Part shown: positions 54,901 to 64,000 of the stretch, piece by piece
Layout: each line of letters begins with the position of its first letter
Numbering within the stretch: the stretch's first letter is position 1
Assembly: GCA_044238735.1 (NCBI GenBank)
Contig: JBIICS010000001.1
Span: 5,271 to 69,270 of the forward strand
Direction of reading: 5' to 3'
Source of the DNA: Bacteroidia bacterium
GTDB lineage: Bacteria; Bacteroidota; Bacteroidia; UBA4408
Length of the DNA: 64,000 nt
Notes under the pieces: model-generated
The model's input: only the letters and a program-made list of their open reading frames with translations
Databases searched by the model: none
Told to the model about the DNA's origin: nothing
Translations under genes and position numbers: made by a program

Positions 54901-55269
54901 GTGAAGGGCCTACAATCCATTCTTTTACTTATACTTTCCAATGCATTTATGACGCTGGCTTGGTACGGACACTTAAGATTTAATAAAATTAAATGGTTTG
55001 AGTCGTGGGGGATTCTGGGCATAATTATAGTTAGCTGGGGAATTGCCCTATTTGAATATATGTTGCAAGTTCCCGCTAACCGATTAGGCTTTAAGGAAAC
55101 AGGCGGACCCTTTAATCTTATTCAATTAAAAATTATACAAGAGGTTATTTCCATTATTGTTTTTGTTGTTTTTTCAGTAACATTTTTCAGAAACGAGGAG
55201 TTTAGATGGAATCATGTATTTGCTTTTGCATTAATCATTGTAGCCGTTTATCTGGTTTTTAAAAAATAA
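54901..55269 (+). CDS. DMT-superfamily small membrane protein (DUF486-like).
   Basis: A 122-aa protein with four transmembrane helices, 'LSNAFMTLAWYGHLRF'. Possible GTG start. Confidence 0.6.
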   Translation: MKGLQSILLLILSNAFMTLAWYGHLRFNKIKWFESWGILGIIIVSWGIALFEYMLQVPANRLGFKETGGPFNLIQLKIIQEVISIIVFVVFSVTFFRNEEFRWNHVFAFALIIVAVYLVFKK

Positions 55270-55332
55270 AGGCGCGTCATCTTGAAAAAAATTATTCATT
55301 AGCTCCATTTGATATAGTAAAAAAACGAAAGC

Positions 55333-56415
55333 GTGAAACCCTTCTTTAACTTAAATATTAATTATACAAAACGTATTTATGGTTTAGACATCCTGCGTTC
55401 TGTTGCTATATTAATAGTAATGCTGGGGCATTGCGGACCTTTATTAAACGAGACCGACTTTCAAGATTTTCCTTATATAAGTTTATTAGACGGGGTGGAA
55501 CTATTCTTTGTATTAAGCGGGTATTTAATAGGGGGCATATTAATTAAAGAAATAGATAATGGCGATTTTAAACTCAAACAATTACTAAACTTTTGGAAAC
55601 GACGGTGGTTTAGAACTTTACCTAATTATTACTTAATATTAATCATTAATATCCTTTTAGTCTCGTATAATATTATACCGGGTAAACCCGAGAATATTTC
55701 GGCAGATTTCTTCTTATTTCTGCAAAACTTCAGAAAACCCTTTACTGATTTTTTTTGGGAATCGTGGAGTCTTTGTGTGGAAGAATGGTTTTATATCTTC
55801 TTTGGATTGGGGATTTTAATTTCCATGAAATTATTTAAACCCATAACCGCTTATGTCGTTTGTACGATTTTATTGATATTACTTCCTCTATTTTACAGAA
55901 TATCAATTTCGTATCAAGACGTTAATGAATTTTGGTGGGATGTAATCTTTAGAAAAACGGTGCTGTGCCGGTTGGACGCCATCGGCTATGGCGCACTTGC
56001 GGCCTATTTACATTTACGATTTCCTTACTACTGGATAAAGTATAAAATTTTCTTACTGTTAATTTCAATGCCATTGTTGATTTACTGGCCTTATTTAGAT
56101 ATTAATAAAAACGGGTGGTTTGCCAAAACGCTCTCGTTTAGCGTAATACCCCTTTTTTGTTCTTTACTTTTACCTTTTTTTAGTGATATAAAACAAGGCA
56201 AGGGAAAGGTGTTTATGTTTTTTACAATCACAAGCGTTTTAAGCTATAGCTTATATTTAATAAACCTTTCGCTTGTTGAACAAATAATTGAGGTTCACTT
56301 AAAAATTAATGGTATTTTGAGTTATGGATTATTTTGGCTAACCTGCTATTTGGTGGCCTTTCTATTATATACGCTTTACGAAAAACCCCTTATGGATTTA
56401 AGGGATAAAACTTAA
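55333..56415 (+). CDS. Acyltransferase family 3 membrane O-acyltransferase.
   Basis: 'GLDILRSVAILIVMLGHCG' N-terminal signature with ten or more transmembrane helices. Confidence 0.7.
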   Translation: MKPFFNLNINYTKRIYGLDILRSVAILIVMLGHCGPLLNETDFQDFPYISLLDGVELFFVLSGYLIGGILIKEIDNGDFKLKQLLNFWKRRWFRTLPNYYLILIINILLVSYNIIPGKPENISADFFLFLQNFRKPFTDFFWESWSLCVEEWFYIFFGLGILISMKLFKPITAYVVCTILLILLPLFYRISISYQDVNEFWWDVIFRKTVLCRLDAIGYGALAAYLHLRFPYYWIKYKIFLLLISMPLLIYWPYLDINKNGWFAKTLSFSVIPLFCSLLLPFFSDIKQGKGKVFMFFTITSVLSYSLYLINLSLVEQIIEVHLKINGILSYGLFWLTCYLVAFLLYTLYEKPLMDLRDKT

Positions 56416-56422
56416 CACTGTT

Positions 56423-57052
56423 TTGACTATTAAAATAAATTCGGTAAACGAGTACCTGGTTGACGGGTGTGGAAGATGCAAACATCACGCAACACCACAA
56501 TGCAAGGTTAATTTATGGCGCAAAGAACTTGTAATGTTAAGATCTATAGCTTTAGAGAATGGTTTTAAAGAAGTTATTAAATGGGGAATGCCCTGTTATA
56601 CCTATAATGGAGCAAATGTTTTTATTATAAGTGCTTTTAAAGAATATTGTTCTATAAACTTTTTTAAAGGATCGTTATTAAACGATGCTCAACAATTATT
56701 GATAAAGCCGGGGGAAAACACACAAGGGGGAAGACAATTACGTTTTACCAATTTAGCCGATATTAAAAATCTGGAAAAAGACATAGTATCTTTTTTAAAG
56801 GAAGCTAAAAACATAGAGGAAAGTGGTAAAAAAATGGAAAAGAAAAATTTAGATGAACTTCCAATTCCTTTAGAATTAGAAATAAGATTTAAAAAAGATA
56901 CTGTTTTTAAAAAAGCGTTTAAAGCGTTAACTCCGGGTAGGCAAAGAGGTTATCTGATATTTTTCAGCGCTGCCAAACAAAGCAATACGCGAATATCCAG
57001 GATAGAAAAAAATATCGATAATATATTAAAAGGTAAGGGCCTTAACGAGTAA
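56423..57052 (+). CDS. DUF1801 / YdeI-OmpD-associated family protein.
   Basis: N-terminal DUF1801-like region 'VDGCGRCKHH...KWGMPCYTYNG'. C-terminal YdeI/OmdA-like 'FKALTPGRQRGYLIFFSAAKQ'. Confidence 0.55.
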   Translation: MTIKINSVNEYLVDGCGRCKHHATPQCKVNLWRKELVMLRSIALENGFKEVIKWGMPCYTYNGANVFIISAFKEYCSINFFKGSLLNDAQQLLIKPGENTQGGRQLRFTNLADIKNLEKDIVSFLKEAKNIEESGKKMEKKNLDELPIPLELEIRFKKDTVFKKAFKALTPGRQRGYLIFFSAAKQSNTRISRIEKNIDNILKGKGLNE

Positions 57053-57056
57053 ATAT

Positions 57057-58397
57057 CTATTTATTCTTTGCTCGCCACTGTTCATTAAAGGAAGTGCTGG
57101 CAACACTTGGAAATTCTCTGTTATTCCCCCACGGTTTTTTAAAAAACTGTCTTAACATAAAGTTTTTTAATTTACTTCCACCTTTTTCCATATTACTTCT
57201 TTTTAAAACAGCACCCTTGTAAAAAAATATAGCAATATTATCGCTTCGAGGAACCAGACGCTTAAAAACATTATCGCGTCTATTGTATAATAGCATTTTA
57301 TTAAAATCAATAGCAACCGGACAATGTTCCTTTAAATTGGCGTCTAACGGATTTAAAAAAGATTCGTAGGCATGTTCGCTTTCATCTTGATAATGCTGAT
57401 TAATTACATGTCCAATAACACCTTTATACAAGCCTTGCTGAGCGTTTGCGCTGTACTTATATAAAGGGTCGTGGAGTTGGCATGATCCACACTTAATACA
57501 CGTAGCGGCCAATCTTAAATCGCTGTTTAATAAAAGTTCACTTCTCCCATTATCTAATAATATTATTATTAGTTCGCTTTCACCTTGTGGTGAACTTATT
57601 ATTGTATTATAGTTTGCATTAAATTGACCGGTGGCAAATGAAGAGAGTAAGGGCAGCATTAAATCAAGGTCGTTTGTGCTTGCTAAAACTTTATCGATAC
57701 CGCAAACCACAATGTGTGTATTGGCATTGCTTAAACCTCTTAAGATGTTTCCCTCATTTTCTGTAAAAACAATACCGCCAACATCAGCCAAAAGGAAAGT
57801 AGCGCCCGAAATAAAAACCTCCATTTCCTTTGTTTTTTCAGTTATTTCGGAGGCAATAAAGGCGCTTGCCTGATGTAAGTCGCTAAAATCTTTATTTATT
57901 AAAGAATTAATTTCTTCGAAACTCTTGTCAAGTAATGGTAAAATATTTTGAAACGAATTAGTCTTTGCTTCACTACACAAGTAGTCTCCCGTATCTGTCT
58001 CAACAACATTAATTTTAAAATCGTTTAAGAGTTCTCGCAATCCTATCTCATTTAAAGTGGTGGATTTAGATTTAACAACCGTATTAACGTTTTTAGACTT
58101 TAATATATCTAGAATCTCCTGATTTGCTTCATCGGAATCGCTGGCCCACAATACCTTAATATTTCTTTTTATCATCTCACCCTCTAAATTGATAAGATGA
58201 GTATCTAAATATTCTATAGTTTTATGACGAATATTTGCTGCTCTTTTGCGAGCCAAATTAAGATTGGCATAATTACTTTTAGCATCTTGATATGCCTCCT
58301 CATAATTTACTAAATTATTTGAAACATTAGCAATGGAGGCTTCGTTTTTTAAACAATTGTTTAATGCTTTAACATATTGATCCTGTTTAGAGCTCAT
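57057..58397 (-). CDS. LUD-domain iron-sulfur protein (LutB/LldF-like).
   Basis: A ~450-aa protein with the cluster motif 'CIKCGSCQ' and a LUD-type alpha/beta region. The assignment is from overall similarity only. Confidence 0.45.
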   Translation of the reverse strand: MSSKQDQYVKALNNCLKNEASIANVSNNLVNYEEAYQDAKSNYANLNLARKRAANIRHKTIEYLDTHLINLEGEMIKRNIKVLWASDSDEANQEILDILKSKNVNTVVKSKSTTLNEIGLRELLNDFKINVVETDTGDYLCSEAKTNSFQNILPLLDKSFEEINSLINKDFSDLHQASAFIASEITEKTKEMEVFISGATFLLADVGGIVFTENEGNILRGLSNANTHIVVCGIDKVLASTNDLDLMLPLLSSFATGQFNANYNTIISSPQGESELIIILLDNGRSELLLNSDLRLAATCIKCGSCQLHDPLYKYSANAQQGLYKGVIGHVINQHYQDESEHAYESFLNPLDANLKEHCPVAIDFNKMLLYNRRDNVFKRLVPRSDNIAIFFYKGAVLKRSNMEKGGSKLKNFMLRQFFKKPWGNNREFPSVASTSFNEQWRAKNK

Positions 58398-58398
58398 A

Positions 58399-60009
58399 CT
58401 AACGGTTGCTTTTAAAATCGTTTACCTTATCCACTTTAATGCGTTCGTTGCGGTTTGCAATATCCCAGGCTGTATAAAAAATAAGTCGGGTAATTTTTTC
58501 CATTTTGTTAAAATCAATTTTATCAACCGTATCTGTTGGTTTATGATAATCGGCATGTACACCCGTAAAATAAAAAATAACGGGTATGTTATTCTTAGCA
58601 AAATTATAATGATCGCTGCGATAATAAAATCGATTGGGATCTGACGGTTTGTTATAAGTATAATCCAATAAAATATTTACCGACTTTTTATTAGCCTCTT
58701 CATTAATAAAATGCAAATCGGAGCTTAATTTATCTGAACCTATTATATAAACATAGTTTGGATTGTTTTCGTGTTCTTTATCTAATCTTCCTATCATATC
58801 AATATTAAGATCGCATACCGTTTGGTTTAATGGAACTATTGGATTTTTAGAATAGTATTCGCTACCCAATAAGCCCTTTTCTTCACCAGAAAAATTGATA
58901 AATAACACATTGCGTTTGGGACCATTACCATTTTTGTATGACTCATAAAAAGCTTGTGCTAATTCCAAAACAGCAACTGTACCGGAGCCGTCATCATCTG
59001 CGCCATAATAAATTTTACCATCCTGTATTCCTAAATGATCGTAATGCGCAGAGAAAACAACATATTCATCCTTAAACTGCGATCCCGGTATAAAGGCCAT
59101 AACATTTTGAGCGGTTAACTTTTGTTGCTCTCGTTCAATTTTAATTTTTAAGTTTCCTTTTACATTAGTGTTTTTAAGCGTTTTTTCTTCGCTAAAATCT
59201 GATTTAATTTTTTTAAGCGATTTACCTAATAATTTCTCTGCCATATCCTTACTAATATAGAAATAAGGTATTCGTCCCTTTAATTTATTATCTTCTCCAT
59301 CCAATTTTGTTAAAGGTTTTTCTATAGAGTGCTTATAGGTTTTAATGTTTTGATTTATGTTTTCATCAACAATTAATAACGCGTTTAGGCCCTGGTTTTT
59401 AGCCTCCTCTAATTTTGCTCTAACGCTTTCGCTCCAGCGTGATGATTTATCACTTTTACTAATAACGTACTGACCATTATCATCTTTTGGCTCTCCGTCT
59501 AGTATTATAGCTACTTTATATCTTAAATTTAAATTTTTATAATCGTTATAAGAGCCTTCGTTTATTCCGTAGCCAACAAAATAAACCTCACTGGCAATTA
59601 ATTCCTGTGCATCAAAACGTGGAAAAAAGAAATAATCTTCTAAAAATTTAAACTCTTTATTATCGAAAGAAATGGAAGATTCTTTAGCTTTTTCCTGTGA
59701 TATTGGATAATGCTGAAAATAGTCGATTGTAAATCCTTTTAAACCAATATTATTATAATATTGAGCCAGATAAGTTGCTGCCAATCTCTGGCCTTCTTCG
59801 CTTGTTTCCCTTCCGGCATATTTATCAGAAGCTAATTCTGTTAGATGATTTTTTAAATCACTTGCCCTTATTTCTTTTGCAAACTTGTTTATAACCGAAG
59901 TGTCTTGCAACTGAGCATAAGATGAACCAAAAAATAAAACAAATACCGGTACAAGTAGTTGATTTAAATTAATAATCTTAAAAATTGAATTTGATTTTTT
60001 TAAGTTCAC
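58399..60009 (-). CDS. Secreted M28-family zinc aminopeptidase with a PA domain.
   Basis: Signal peptide '..SYAQ'. Zinc ligands 'SAHYDHLG', 'GADDDGSG' and 'SGEEKGLLGSEY'. Confidence 0.8.
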   Translation of the reverse strand: MNLKKSNSIFKIINLNQLLVPVFVLFFGSSYAQLQDTSVINKFAKEIRASDLKNHLTELASDKYAGRETSEEGQRLAATYLAQYYNNIGLKGFTIDYFQHYPISQEKAKESSISFDNKEFKFLEDYFFFPRFDAQELIASEVYFVGYGINEGSYNDYKNLNLRYKVAIILDGEPKDDNGQYVISKSDKSSRWSESVRAKLEEAKNQGLNALLIVDENINQNIKTYKHSIEKPLTKLDGEDNKLKGRIPYFYISKDMAEKLLGKSLKKIKSDFSEEKTLKNTNVKGNLKIKIEREQQKLTAQNVMAFIPGSQFKDEYVVFSAHYDHLGIQDGKIYYGADDDGSGTVAVLELAQAFYESYKNGNGPKRNVLFINFSGEEKGLLGSEYYSKNPIVPLNQTVCDLNIDMIGRLDKEHENNPNYVYIIGSDKLSSDLHFINEEANKKSVNILLDYTYNKPSDPNRFYYRSDHYNFAKNNIPVIFYFTGVHADYHKPTDTVDKIDFNKMEKITRLIFYTAWDIANRNERIKVDKVNDFKSNR

Positions 60010-60065
60010 TAAATAATAATATAGATAAAGTACTTTATGTTGTTATGTATTTTAATAAATCTAAA

Positions 60066-60497
60066 TTAAATACAGCTTATTTTATTTACCCTCGTTTGAT
60101 GTCTTCCTCCTTCGAATTCTGTATTTAAAAAGACATCAACCATTTCTTTACATTCATCAATAGTTGTATATCGAGCGGGCAATGTAATTATGTTGGCGTC
60201 ATTATGAAGCCTGGCTAAGGCTGCTATTTCTTTTTTCCAACATAAAGCACTTCTAATACCATTATGTTTATTAGCTGTAATATTTACACCATTTCCACTT
60301 CCACAAATTAAAATTCCATACTGAGTTTCATTTTGTTCAACGCTTAATGCAACTTTATGAGCGAAATCAGGATAATCTACACTTTGAGAGGAGAAACACC
60401 CCATATCTTTAATTCCAAAACCCTTTTGCATTAAAAAAAATTTAATTTGTTCTTTATAATCATAACCAGCATGATCACAACCTATACTTATATTCAT
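60066..60497 (-). CDS. rpiB: Ribose-5-phosphate isomerase B.
   Basis: 'ISIGCDHAGYDYK...ILICGSGNGV' is the RpiB/LacAB signature. Size 143 aa. Confidence 0.85.
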   Translation of the reverse strand: MNISIGCDHAGYDYKEQIKFFLMQKGFGIKDMGCFSSQSVDYPDFAHKVALSVEQNETQYGILICGSGNGVNITANKHNGIRSALCWKKEIAALARLHNDANIITLPARYTTIDECKEMVDVFLNTEFEGGRHQTRVNKISCI

Positions 60498-61061
60498 GAT
60501 ACTTTTTTTATTTTATTAATATAGTCAATTAAGTGCACTAAATATTTGTACTTATTAATTCCTAAATTTAATAATAAAGTAGTTATTAACTTTCAAAGCT
60601 TTTTTAATAAAATAAACATTTGTTTATCAATATATTAATATAAACATAAATAACAATTATAGTGTTAATAGTCGTTAATTGTATACAATAAGTGTTTAAG
60701 AAAAAATTATAATAAAATTTTAATTATCCATAGTATTATTTAATTGGTATTTTAAACTTATAAAACAAACAATTTTTTTAAATTATATAACACAATAATT
60801 AACACTATGGCACACAAATAAACAGTATAATCTAATAACTTTATTTTGTTAACATACTAATACTAACAAATGTTAATATAAACTCTAGTTTTTAGTTATA
60901 TCAAGCTTTTAATAAGAAATTTGCTGTTAATTAAATGTTATGTAAATAACAAAAGTCAAATATCAAAACATTTTTAAATAAAAAAACTTACAGTACTAAC
61001 ACACTAATAAATAATACATAATATTTAAATAATTAAATAAATTAATATATAATTTAGTTTT

Positions 61062-62054
61062 ATGATAATAGATAAAGATTGGATTAAAAATGGATTTGTA
61101 GATATTCCTGTTAATCCTGTTTTGGATTTATTTAAGGAAATAGAGAAACTTAAAAAAGAAAAGAATGCGATTATATTAGCGCATTATTACCAAGATGCCG
61201 ATATACAGGATATTGCTGATTATATTGGAGATAGTTTAGGCTTAGCTCAGCAAGCAGCAAAAACTAAAGCCGATATTATCTTGTTTGCAGGGGTACATTT
61301 TATGGCAGAAACGGCGAAGATTTTAAATCCGGGTAAAAAAGTTATACTTCCCGATTTAAATGCGGGTTGTTCTTTGGCAGATTCATGCCCTAAAAACGAT
61401 TTTAAAGCCTTTAGAGACACGAACGCCGATCATTTGGTAATATCCTACATAAATTGTACTGCAGAGATTAAAGCCCTCTCAGACATTATTTGTACATCTA
61501 GTAATGCCAGGCAAATTGTTGAAGATTTACCTGTTAATCAAAAAATAATATTTGCACCGGATAAAAATTTAGGAGCATATATTAACAAAGTAACTGGAAG
61601 AAATATGTTACTTTGGAACGGATCATGTATGGTTCATGAAATATTTTCACTAGAAAAGATTTTAAAACTTAAAGTGGAATATCCGGATGCAGAATTACTT
61701 GCGCATCCCGAATGTGAAGAAGACTTATTGAAACATGCTAATTTTATTGGAAGTACAACGGGAATATTAAATTATGCCAAAAGTTCAAATACGAAAGCTT
61801 TTATTGTAGCTACTGAGACAGGTATTCTTCATCAAATGATAAAGAATTCTCCCGAAAAAACTTTTATTCCTGCTCCACCAAATAATTCCTGCGCTTGTAA
61901 TGATTGTCCGCACATGAAATTAAATACCTTGGAAAAAGTGTATAATTGTTTAAAATTCGAAGCACCGGAATTATTAATGGATGAACAGTTACGTAAAGAA
62001 GCAGAAAAGCCAATTAGAAGAATGCTAGAAATAAGTGAGCGATTAGGTTTATGA
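61062..62054 (+). CDS. nadA: Quinolinate synthase A.
   Basis: A 330-aa protein with three-fold repeated Cys ligands ('NAGCSLA', 'CMVHE', '[12 protein letters not shown]') typical of NadA. Confidence 0.8.
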   Translation: MIIDKDWIKNGFVDIPVNPVLDLFKEIEKLKKEKNAIILAHYYQDADIQDIADYIGDSLGLAQQAAKTKADIILFAGVHFMAETAKILNPGKKVILPDLNAGCSLADSCPKNDFKAFRDTNADHLVISYINCTAEIKALSDIICTSSNARQIVEDLPVNQKIIFAPDKNLGAYINKVTGRNMLLWNGSCMVHEIFSLEKILKLKVEYPDAELLAHPECEEDLLKHANFIGSTTGILNYAKSSNTKAFIVATETGILHQMIKNSPEKTFIPAPPNNSCACNDCPHMKLNTLEKVYNCLKFEAPELLMDEQLRKEAEKPIRRMLEISERLGL

Positions 62055-62145
62055 TAGTGCTTAAATATAAATGATGATTAATAATGAACTTTGAGTATTG
62101 TAAACAACCACTACTACAGTAAATAATTTTCGAATAAATAAAATA

Positions 62146-63705
62146 GTGAATCAGATAAAAACATACTTAAAACTTAAAACGTGTAGCCTAAATCTATTCA
62201 TGAGTTTTTTAATTATGTTTTCAAATTATTTATTTGCTCAGGATTCAATGTTAATTAATTATAAGAAATTTTATTACGATAATGGTACAATATCCAGTGA
62301 GGGGACAATGCGTAATGGAAAACCGGATGGATATTGGAAAACATATTACAAAACCGGCTTATTAAAATCAGAAGGAAATAGAAAAGATTTTTTATTGGAC
62401 AGTATCTGGATTTTTTATAATGAAGATGGGAATAAAATAAATTCATTTAATTATAAAAAAGGAAAGAAAAATGGTATTAAAAATACTTATCATCCTGTTT
62501 CAGGTAAAATAGAATCGTCAGAAAATTATGAAAACGATTTAAAACATGGTTTATCCTCTTTTTATTATGGACCTGATTCGATAAGCAAGGTAATTCCATT
62601 TGATAAAGGTCGTGAACAAGGTACAGGTTACGAATTTGAAAAAGATGGTAGAGTGATTTCAATACTTACATATAAAAATGGTTTTATAGCTAAAAATGAA
62701 AAAATAAACAGAATTGATGATAAAAATAGAAAACAGGGTGTTTGGAAAACATTTTTTTCTAACATGAATTTAAAAACAGAGTGCAGATATATAGACGATA
62801 AATTGAATGGATATTATAAAGAATACAATGAAAAAGGAGAAGAAATTAAAACTATTAAATATGTAGATGGAATAGAACAATTGGAAGCGCAGGAATTAAT
62901 AAAACTTGATGTTAATGTTTTAGATTATTATAACAATGGAAAACCTAAAGTGATCGTTACATCTAAAAATGGAGTTAAAGAAGGTGTAGAAAGAAATTAT
63001 GATTCAACCGGTACAATTTTATCGGGTAAGGTTTTTAAAAATGGAGTTTTAATTAGTAAAGGAGTTGTTGATGAAGCTGGAAAGAATCAAGGTCCATTCG
63101 AAGAATTTTATCCCGATGGTTCTTTAAAATGTAAAGGTGAATATAAAAACAATAAGAAAACCGGGCCATGGATATATTTTCATCCAAATGGAACGGAAGA
63201 ACAAAAAGGAATTTATAAAAACGGGTTACCAGATGGAGAATGGAATTGGTATTATTCTAATAAGCAATTAAGAAGAACGGAAATTTTTGTTAAAGGAAAA
63301 GAAGAGGGTAATATTATTGAATATGATGAACAAGGTAATATTATTACAAAGGGTCAATATTATGAAGGTTTTGAGGATGGAGAATGGCTTTATGAATATG
63401 GTGATTTTAAAGAAATTGGTAAATACAAAGAAGGAAATAGAATAGATGAATGGAAAGGTTATTTTAAAACCAATGGTAAATTAGCATATAGCATTAAGTA
63501 TGTTGATGGAAATGAAAACGGTAAATTTTCATTTTATTATGAAAATGGATCTCCTCGCATCGAAGGTAATTATATTATGGGTTTAAAAGACGGTACCTGG
63601 AAATATTACAGCGAAAATGGTTTACTGTTTTTAACAGAATATTATGAATCGGATACATTAATTAAAATAGATGGTGTTAAGGTAAAACAGCTTAGCGAAA
63701 AATAA
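62146..63705 (+). CDS. Secreted MORN-repeat-variant (YwqK-like) repeat protein.
   Basis: Signal peptide '..LFAQ', followed by ~15 repeats of the form 'G.(K/P).G.W..YY.NG.L..EG.Y.NG'. Confidence 0.75.
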   Translation: MNQIKTYLKLKTCSLNLFMSFLIMFSNYLFAQDSMLINYKKFYYDNGTISSEGTMRNGKPDGYWKTYYKTGLLKSEGNRKDFLLDSIWIFYNEDGNKINSFNYKKGKKNGIKNTYHPVSGKIESSENYENDLKHGLSSFYYGPDSISKVIPFDKGREQGTGYEFEKDGRVISILTYKNGFIAKNEKINRIDDKNRKQGVWKTFFSNMNLKTECRYIDDKLNGYYKEYNEKGEEIKTIKYVDGIEQLEAQELIKLDVNVLDYYNNGKPKVIVTSKNGVKEGVERNYDSTGTILSGKVFKNGVLISKGVVDEAGKNQGPFEEFYPDGSLKCKGEYKNNKKTGPWIYFHPNGTEEQKGIYKNGLPDGEWNWYYSNKQLRRTEIFVKGKEEGNIIEYDEQGNIITKGQYYEGFEDGEWLYEYGDFKEIGKYKEGNRIDEWKGYFKTNGKLAYSIKYVDGNENGKFSFYYENGSPRIEGNYIMGLKDGTWKYYSENGLLFLTEYYESDTLIKIDGVKVKQLSEK

Positions 63706-64000
63706 TGGTATCTAAATCGTCCAATACACCAGAATACAAAACATTTTTTGAGTTAAATCCTCAACCGCTAATTTTATTTGATTCTAAATCCTTAAAAATA
63801 TTAGATGCTAATAAGTCGGCATTAAAACTGTACAAGTATAATAAAAAAGAATTTTTAACGTACACTATTTCCAAACTTAACGGCGATAAAATAAAGCAGA
63901 AACTTTCGGATATTTATTCAGGTAAATTTAGAACGCTTAAAAATGTTACGCATCTTAATAAAGATGGAAATAAAATTAAAGTTGAAATTAATTTTACCGA
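63706..64000 (+). CDS. PAS-domain protein, 5' part only; it continues beyond the window.
   Basis: The ATG at 63706 has an open frame to the window end. 'FELNPQPLILFDSKSLKILDANKSALKLYKYNKKEFL' is a PAS-fold start. Confidence 0.4.

Noticed and set aside
1-64000. CRISPR arrays, rRNA genes, insertion sequences and prophage genes.
   Set aside because: There are no regularly spaced 25-40 bp direct repeats. There are no rRNA-like conserved stretches. There is no transposase, integrase, capsid or terminase-like ORF in any frame.

Overview
This 64-kb window looks like a low-GC Bacteroidetes chromosome (Flavobacteriia or Sphingobacteriia-like), mostly housekeeping genes with one accessory-looking cell-surface locus. 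Evidence for the phylum is signal peptides ending in '..AQ', type IX secretion (T9SS) C-terminal sorting domains, and a TAnnTTTG -7 promoter box. Housekeeping content is a partial glycosyltransferase/methyltransferase cluster; a GreA-like factor; a thioredoxin-fold protein; an aromatic amino acid pair (bifunctional DAHP synthase/chorismate mutase and pheA); an rbfA, methyltransferase, FtsX/LolE-like permease, pdxJ, AstE-family operon; hsp20; an MBL-rhodanese fusion; an asnC-family regulator divergent from asnB, pyc and a thioesterase; rimK with a putative Zn-protease; an IPExxxVDY protein with pyk and an AlkD-like gene; recO; one tRNA-Arg(CCG); a LytS/LytTR two-component pair; mnmG; rpiB; and nadA. 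The accessory part is an ~11-kb locus (8.9-19.9 kb) of three giant secreted adhesin-like T9SS cargo proteins plus a 458-aa hypothetical. Two of the three carry an N-terminal lamin-tail domain, SprB-type repeat arrays and a type-B 'gliding motility' C-terminal domain. Elsewhere there are two paralogous M43 (pappalysin-like) metalloproteases with type-A T9SS tails and a PorZ-like beta-propeller T9SS protein. The most unusual non-coding signals are five. (i) An exact 14-bp palindrome GTTTCACGTGAAAC occurs twice, with degenerate copies, in a 1.3-kb ORF-free AT-rich region upstream of mnmG. (ii) A GC-enriched, hairpin-rich 536-bp ORF-free region lies between the convergent ends of hslR and the DAHP synthase gene, which suggests an unannotated structured RNA. 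(iii) The 11-mer ATAAATAGGGC occurs three times, at both borders and the centre of the adhesin locus. (iv) TAGGGC(C)TAAATT-like boxes sit upstream of several T9SS cargo genes. (v) A near-identical ~90-bp tandem duplication lies inside one SprB-repeat gene. I saw no CRISPR array, rRNA, transposase or integrase. All calls rest on reading the translated ORFs and the DNA directly; no database searches were run.
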